Shown here: piece after piece, positions 59,520 through 64,000 of the stretch
Numbering within the stretch: position 1 is the first letter of the stretch
Layout: each line of letters starts with the position of its first letter
Origin: Candidatus Spongiisociaceae bacterium
Lineage (GTDB): Bacteria > Actinomycetota > Acidimicrobiia > Spongiisociales > Spongiisociaceae
Length of the DNA: 64,000 nucleotides
Reading direction: 5' to 3'
Assembly: GCA_965202665.1 (NCBI GenBank)
Contig: OZ241841.1
Span: 1 to 64,000 of the forward strand
Translations under genes and position numbers: made by a program
Notes under the pieces: model-generated
Told to the model about the DNA's origin: nothing
Seen by the model: only the letters and a program-made list of their open reading frames with translations
Database searches by the model: none

Positions 59520-60023
59520 TCATTCGGCGGCCCGAACCCGATGATAGGCGGGGTCCAGCTGCAACGCCGCCGCCCGGCGCAGGCCCACCCAGGCGGGGAT
59601 CCCGGCTGCCTCCAGCGCCGCCAGGCCCCTCCCCCGCACCCGATGGTCGGGATCGACCGCCGCCGCGGTGACGCTGCCCACCCCGGCCGCCGTCAGGGCT
59701 TCGGCGCAGGGCGGGGTGGCTCCGTAATGGGAGCACGGCTCCAAAGTGACGAAGACGTCCGCTCCCCGGGCCGCCGGCCCCGCCATGCGGAGGGCGAGCA
59801 CTTCGGCGTGCTCCCGCCCGTATGCCTGATGCGCCCCCTCTCCCAGGATGTCTCCCGTTCGGGAGGCGATCACGCATCCCACCCGCGGGTTGGGGGCGGG
59901 ATGGTGGGCGCGGGCCAACTCCAGCGCCCGGTCCATCATTCGCTCCGCCCAGGGGAGCGGGACGGCGGGCAACCGCACGTGGTTCAGGGGCAAACCGCCG
60001 CTCATCTGATGCATGGTATCCAA
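59520..60023 (-). CDS. ribD: RibD deaminase domain only (no reductase domain)
   Basis: PNPRVGC, HAE, TLEPCSHYGATPPC; stop 16 bp before ribE. Confidence 0.85.
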   Translation of the reverse strand: MDTMHQMSGGLPLNHVRLPAVPLPWAERMMDRALELARAHHPAPNPRVGCVIASRTGDILGEGAHQAYGREHAEVLALRMAGPAARGADVFVTLEPCSHYGATPPCAEALTAAGVGSVTAAAVDPDHRVRGRGLAALEAAGIPAWVGLRRAAALQLDPAYHRVRAAE

Positions 60024-60033
60024 ACCGGCCCCC

Positions 60034-60708
60034 TTACCCGGAGGCGGCCGCCGCCGCCCGCAACTTTCTTACCGCGGCGGGCGGATCGGGGGTTCGGAAG
60101 ATGGCGGTTCCGGCCACGAACACATCGGCCCCGGCGGAGCGGGCCAACCGGATGGTGCGCGAGTCGATCCCCCCGTCTACCTGCAGGCCGGCGCCCAGCC
60201 CGCCCGCCTCTATGGCCCGCCGGGCCTCTTCCACTTTTCCCAGCACCCCGGATATGAACTCCTGTCCGCCGAAGCCGGGTTGCACCGACATCACCACCGC
60301 CAAGTCGCACAACTCCAGGCAGGGTTCCAGCACGGCGAAGGGGGTGTCCGGGCTGATCGCCGCCCCGAAATGCAATCCCTCCTCCCGGGCGCGGCGGGCG
60401 GCCGCCGCCGGGTCGGACACCGCCTCTACATGCACGCTCACCCCGTCCGCCCCCGCCTCCCGCAGCGGGCCGAAGAAAGGAACCGGGTCGACGGTCATCA
60501 GATGGCAGTCGAAGTGAAGTTTGGTTACCGCCCGCAGGGAGCGAATCACCGGAATGCCCAGCGAGATGTTGGGGACGAACCGGCCGTCCATCACGTCGAT
60601 GTGCAACATGTCCGCCTCCTCCGCCACCGCTCCCACCTCTTCGCCTAAGCGGGCGAAGTCGGCGGCGAGGATGGAGGCGGCGATGCGAACCGGGGCGGAT
60701 GTTTTCAC
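60034..60708 (-). CDS. rpe: Ribulose-phosphate 3-epimerase
   Basis: SILAADF, HIDVMDG, DCHLM, MSVQPGFGGQ, VDGG. Confidence 0.96.
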   Translation of the reverse strand: MKTSAPVRIAASILAADFARLGEEVGAVAEEADMLHIDVMDGRFVPNISLGIPVIRSLRAVTKLHFDCHLMTVDPVPFFGPLREAGADGVSVHVEAVSDPAAAARRAREEGLHFGAAISPDTPFAVLEPCLELCDLAVVMSVQPGFGGQEFISGVLGKVEEARRAIEAGGLGAGLQVDGGIDSRTIRLARSAGADVFVAGTAIFRTPDPPAAVRKLRAAAAASG

Positions 60709-60740
60709 CTCCCCATCGTACCCTCCCCGCCCTCCTCCGC

Positions 60741-61982
60741 TCATCGTTGCAGCACCGCGATGAACATTCCGTCCGTGTCGGTGAGATGGGGGGCCATTAA
60801 TAACCCCTCCTCCATCCGCCGGCCCGGCAATCCTTCCGGCGGACGGGCCCCCAGGCCGGCCACCGCCCCCGTGGTTTCGGCGCTGGTGACGGTGCACACC
60901 GAATACACCAGCCGCCCGCCGGGGCGCAGCATCTCCAAGCCGGCTTCCAGCAGGCCCCGTTGCCGGGAAGCCAGCCGCCGGTAATCGTCTTCGGTGACCC
61001 GGTAGCGAATTTCCGGGCGGCGGCGCAAGGTCCCCAAGCCGGTGCAGGGGGCGTCTAGCAGCACCCGGTCAAAGGTTCCGGGGGGGAAAGGCGGGCGGCG
61101 GCCGTCGGCCAGCACCCACCATCCTCCGAATTCCGGGCCCGCCCAGCGCCGGGCCGCCCGCCGGATGCGGCGGGGATGGACATCCACCGCCGCCAGCGCC
61201 TGCGGAGCGCCCGCCCACAGGATGGCCGATTTTCCACCCGGGGCGGCCCCGATGTCCAACACCCGGTGGCCGGGGGAGGCCATCACCGCCTGCGCCGCCG
61301 CCGCCGAAGCCGGATCGATGATCAGCGCCCCGGATGGCGCGGGGGCGGTTCCCCGGGCGTAAACCCCGGCCACCGCGGTGGGAACCGCCCCGGCGGGGGG
61401 GCGGGCGCCCGCCTCCATCCAAAAAGTCATCGGAGCTTGGCGGTGGCTGGCTTCTAGAAAAGCGGCGGTTGATTCCAACCCCCACGTTTCCCGCAGGTCC
61501 GCCGTCAGCCACTGGGGGATCCCGTAGGTTGCGGACAGGGAGCGGGGCGGGGACGGTTCCCCCTGGCGTTGCAGGCGGCGCACCAGGGCGTTGACGAAGC
61601 CGACCGCCGGGCCGTGTCCGGCGGCGCGGGCCGACTCCGCCGCCGTGTCGGCCGCGGCGTGATCGGGGGTGCGGTCGAACAGCACCTCGTGGAACGCCAC
61701 CCGCAGGCAGTCCAGCAACGGCCCTTGGATGGAACCGAAAGGACGTTTGGACATGGCGGCGATGGCCCGGTCGATGCGGGCCAGGTTGCGCAACGTTCCG
61801 TACGTCAGATGACGGACCAAGCGGGCGTCGTTCTCCGGCATATCCAGTTTCCGGAGCAACGCGTTGGACCAAGCCCCCTCCCGATCCACCCTGCCCACCA
61901 AACCTGCCGCCGTCGCCCGGGCCGCCACCCCCGCTTTCAAAACGGCCTTATCGGGCATCAATTGCCAGGGGGCGGATATCAC
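60741..61982 (-). CDS. rsmB: 16S rRNA m5C967 methyltransferase RsmB/Sun
   Basis: NusB-like N-terminus (GFVNALVR), AAPGGK, DAPCTGLG, YSVCT. Confidence 0.88.
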   Translation of the reverse strand: MISAPWQLMPDKAVLKAGVAARATAAGLVGRVDREGAWSNALLRKLDMPENDARLVRHLTYGTLRNLARIDRAIAAMSKRPFGSIQGPLLDCLRVAFHEVLFDRTPDHAAADTAAESARAAGHGPAVGFVNALVRRLQRQGEPSPPRSLSATYGIPQWLTADLRETWGLESTAAFLEASHRQAPMTFWMEAGARPPAGAVPTAVAGVYARGTAPAPSGALIIDPASAAAAQAVMASPGHRVLDIGAAPGGKSAILWAGAPQALAAVDVHPRRIRRAARRWAGPEFGGWWVLADGRRPPFPPGTFDRVLLDAPCTGLGTLRRRPEIRYRVTEDDYRRLASRQRGLLEAGLEMLRPGGRLVYSVCTVTSAETTGAVAGLGARPPEGLPGRRMEEGLLMAPHLTDTDGMFIAVLQR

Positions 61983-62623
61983 ACCTCGGACATAACATTC
62001 GACTGCGGAACGGTCTCCATGTCATCCGGGAGGGGCGGGGCCGGCCCGGGGTTGGTTGAGGCCGGAGGACGCGGATCGGGGACGGGCGGGCGGGCGTCGG
62101 AGGGGACTCCCATTCGCCCCTTGATTTCGCTCACTTCCCTTTCCACCACCCGCACCCGGTCATCCACTACCTGCACCCGGTTATCCACCCGGCGGATTTC
62201 CTTCGTCAACGCGGACCTGGTCTTTCGGATTTGCTTCTCCAAATGGGCCCTCGTTTCTTTAATCTCGGCTTTGGTTTCCTCAAGGCCGTCCGCAATCCGC
62301 CCGATATCGTTGGCCATTCCCTGCATCTGCATCTGCAACAGGTTGAACCGGTTCTCCGCCGCCTCCCGATCAGCTGCGCGCGCTTCCTCCAACGCCGCCC
62401 GATCGGCCGCACGCACCTCCTCAGCCGCCGCCCGATCGGCCGCACGCACCTCCTCAGCCGCCGCCCGGTCAGCCGCACGCACCTCCTCAGCCGCTACCCG
62501 GTCAGCCGTACGCACCTCTTCAGCCGCCGCCCGGTCAGCGGCGCGGAAGCGCAACATCATCACCGTTAGGCCGACGAACAGACCGGCGGCCAAGGACAAG
62601 TTGTAGAGAAACTCGCCGTTCAT
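61979..62623 (-). CDS. Hypothetical membrane-anchored coiled-coil protein with 11-aa repeats and Pro-rich tail
   Basis: N-terminal TM helix, about six RAADRAAAEEV units; RBS GGAAAGGGG. Confidence 0.7.
   Translation of the reverse strand: MNGEFLYNLSLAAGLFVGLTVMMLRFRAADRAAAEEVRTADRVAAEEVRAADRAAAEEVRAADRAAAEEVRAADRAALEEARAADREAAENRFNLLQMQMQGMANDIGRIADGLEETKAEIKETRAHLEKQIRKTRSALTKEIRRVDNRVQVVDDRVRVVEREVSEIKGRMGVPSDARPPVPDPRPPASTNPGPAPPLPDDMETVPQSNVMSEV
62350..62546 (-). repeat. 33-bp coding tandem repeat (about 6 units)
   Basis: gccgcacgcacctcctcagccgccgcccg(a/g)tc(g/a) recurring without spacers. Confidence 0.85.
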
Positions 62624-62799
62624 GGCTATCCCCTTTCCTGGTAAGAGTATACACGGAAATATGAGCCCGCGTCTTGCTATATTCTTAATATATGTAAAAC
62701 GCGGACAAATTCAATACCCTTGTTTCAACAATCGGTTAGAAAACGCCAGCGGGCTTGGGCGGCGGGACGGACACTTACCGGAGGGCGGCGCTCCAGCGG

Positions 62800-63723
62800 C
62801 TATTCGAATCGGCCCGGATCGCCTTTCACGCCTCTCCACCATGCGGCGGCCGGCATGGGACGTTTGCCGGGGGGTTGCACCGTCCCCAACTGCAACGGGC
62901 GGTCGCCGGAGCCGACCATTATCCGCTCCCCCGCCGCTGCCGGGCGGCCCGGGGGAAGGGCGGGGAACTCAGAATCGGCTACGCGGGCGGTGAGGATTTT
63001 GAAGCCGGGGACGCCCCGCCAGACGGCTGCCGCCCCCGGACGGGGGTTGAAAGCCCGCACCATCCGCGCCGTCTCCGCCGCCGGGCGATGAAAGTCCAAG
63101 CGGGCCTCCCCGGATTTGATGCGGGGGGCGTAGGTGACCAGCCTCTCGTCCTGCGCGACCGCCATCGCCTCCCCGGACAATATTTTCCCCAAGTTGTCCT
63201 CCAGCAGGCGGGCGGCGCCCTCCGCCAAACGTTCGGTCAGGCCGCCGCCGGTTTCCTCCGATCCAATGGGGGTCTCCCAGGAGCAAAACACGGGCCCGGC
63301 GTCCAAGTCCTCCGTCATCGCCATCAGCGACGCCCCGGTGGTCTCATCCCCGGCCAAGATGGCCCGCTCCACGGGGGCCGCCCCCCGCCAGCGGGGCAAC
63401 AACGAAAAATGAACGTTGACCATCCCCGCCTCCGGCGTCTCCAAGATGGTTCGGGGAAGCAACAAGCCGAAGCCCGCCGTCACCGCCAGCCGCACCGGTT
63501 GCGACCGCAACGCCGCCGCGGTTGCCGCTGCGTCCTCCGCCTCCGCCACCGGCAGTCCCAGCTCCTCCGCCGCCTCCCCGACCGGGGTGGGCGAGGTTTT
63601 CCGCCCCCGTCCCCGGGCTTTGGCGGAGCGAGTAACCACCAGCCTCACCTCCCCCGTCCGATGCAGGGCCCGCAGGCAGGGCACGGCCGAGGCGGGGGTG
63701 CCCAAAAAAGCAAGGGGCGTCAC
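62800..63723 (-). CDS. fmt: Methionyl-tRNA formyltransferase
   Basis: FLGTP, NVHFSLLPRWRGAAPV, LDAGP. Confidence 0.96.
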   Translation of the reverse strand: MTPLAFLGTPASAVPCLRALHRTGEVRLVVTRSAKARGRGRKTSPTPVGEAAEELGLPVAEAEDAAATAAALRSQPVRLAVTAGFGLLLPRTILETPEAGMVNVHFSLLPRWRGAAPVERAILAGDETTGASLMAMTEDLDAGPVFCSWETPIGSEETGGGLTERLAEGAARLLEDNLGKILSGEAMAVAQDERLVTYAPRIKSGEARLDFHRPAAETARMVRAFNPRPGAAAVWRGVPGFKILTARVADSEFPALPPGRPAAAGERIMVGSGDRPLQLGTVQPPGKRPMPAAAWWRGVKGDPGRFE

Positions 63724-64000
63724 TGGTGCGGCCCTATCACCGCTCCGCGCAACTCCCGCAGAACCGCCTTCCGGAGGCGCCTGTCCAGCCGTTCCACCAA
63801 CAACGTCCCGTTCAGGTGATCCAGTTCATGTTGCAGCACCCGTCCCAGCAATTCGTCTCCGGCGAACTCCAGGGGCTTCCCCTCCAGGTCGCATCCGGCC
63901 ATTTTCACCCATCCCGGCCGGACGATCGGCCACGAGCGATCCGGCACCGACAGGCACCCTTCCTCGAACTCCCAGGAATCGGAGGTTTCCATCAACCGCG
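63720..64000 (-). CDS. def: Peptide deformylase (5' part outside window)
   Basis: EGCLS and QHELDHLNG. Confidence 0.95.
   Translation of the reverse strand, partial: RLMETSDSWEFEEGCLSVPDRSWPIVRPGWVKMAGCDLEGKPLEFAGDELLGRVLQHELDHLNGTLLVERLDRRLRKAVLRELRGAVIGPHQ

Noticed and set aside
60024-60060. FMN riboswitch upstream of the rib genes
   Set aside because: The rpe-ribD gap is only about 10 bp; no room or consensus.
62350-62546. 33-bp repeats as a CRISPR array
   Set aside because: No unique spacers, in frame within a CDS, no cas genes.

Overview
High-GC actinobacterial chromosome segment; the 16S sequence and SLH-anchored surface proteins point to Acidimicrobiia, possibly host-associated (inference). 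Most genes are on the minus strand. The core backbone, read right to left, is def-fmt-(coiled-coil insert)-rsmB-rpe-ribD(deaminase only)-ribE-ribBA-ribH, infC-rpmI-rplT, pheS-pheT-argF-mpg, an SLH protein, a MacAB-like ABC exporter, tyrS, a 16S-23S-5S rRNA operon and a TPR protein. Between tyrS and the rRNA promoter lies a ~11 kb defence island: an orphan MNT nucleotidyltransferase, a type III R-M pair whose mod gene carries two poly-G tracts, and a convergent operon with a DarT-family DNA ADP-ribosyltransferase coupled to three tandem ARH/DraG-family ADP-ribosylglycohydrolases. Each ARH ends in a Tudor/SH3-like domain, and the 3' remnant of a second darT sits in front of the second ARH. No macrodomain or NADAR antitoxin is visible, so this darT-ARH array is the best candidate for an undescribed system. 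Further left are an IclR-controlled catabolic cluster with a shared operator in two promoters, small housekeeping genes, an IS481 remnant, and a >2360-aa Calx-beta/SLH surface protein missed by the ORF track, whose promoter has a G13 tract as its -35/-10 spacer. All family assignments are by eye from motifs; no database searches were run.
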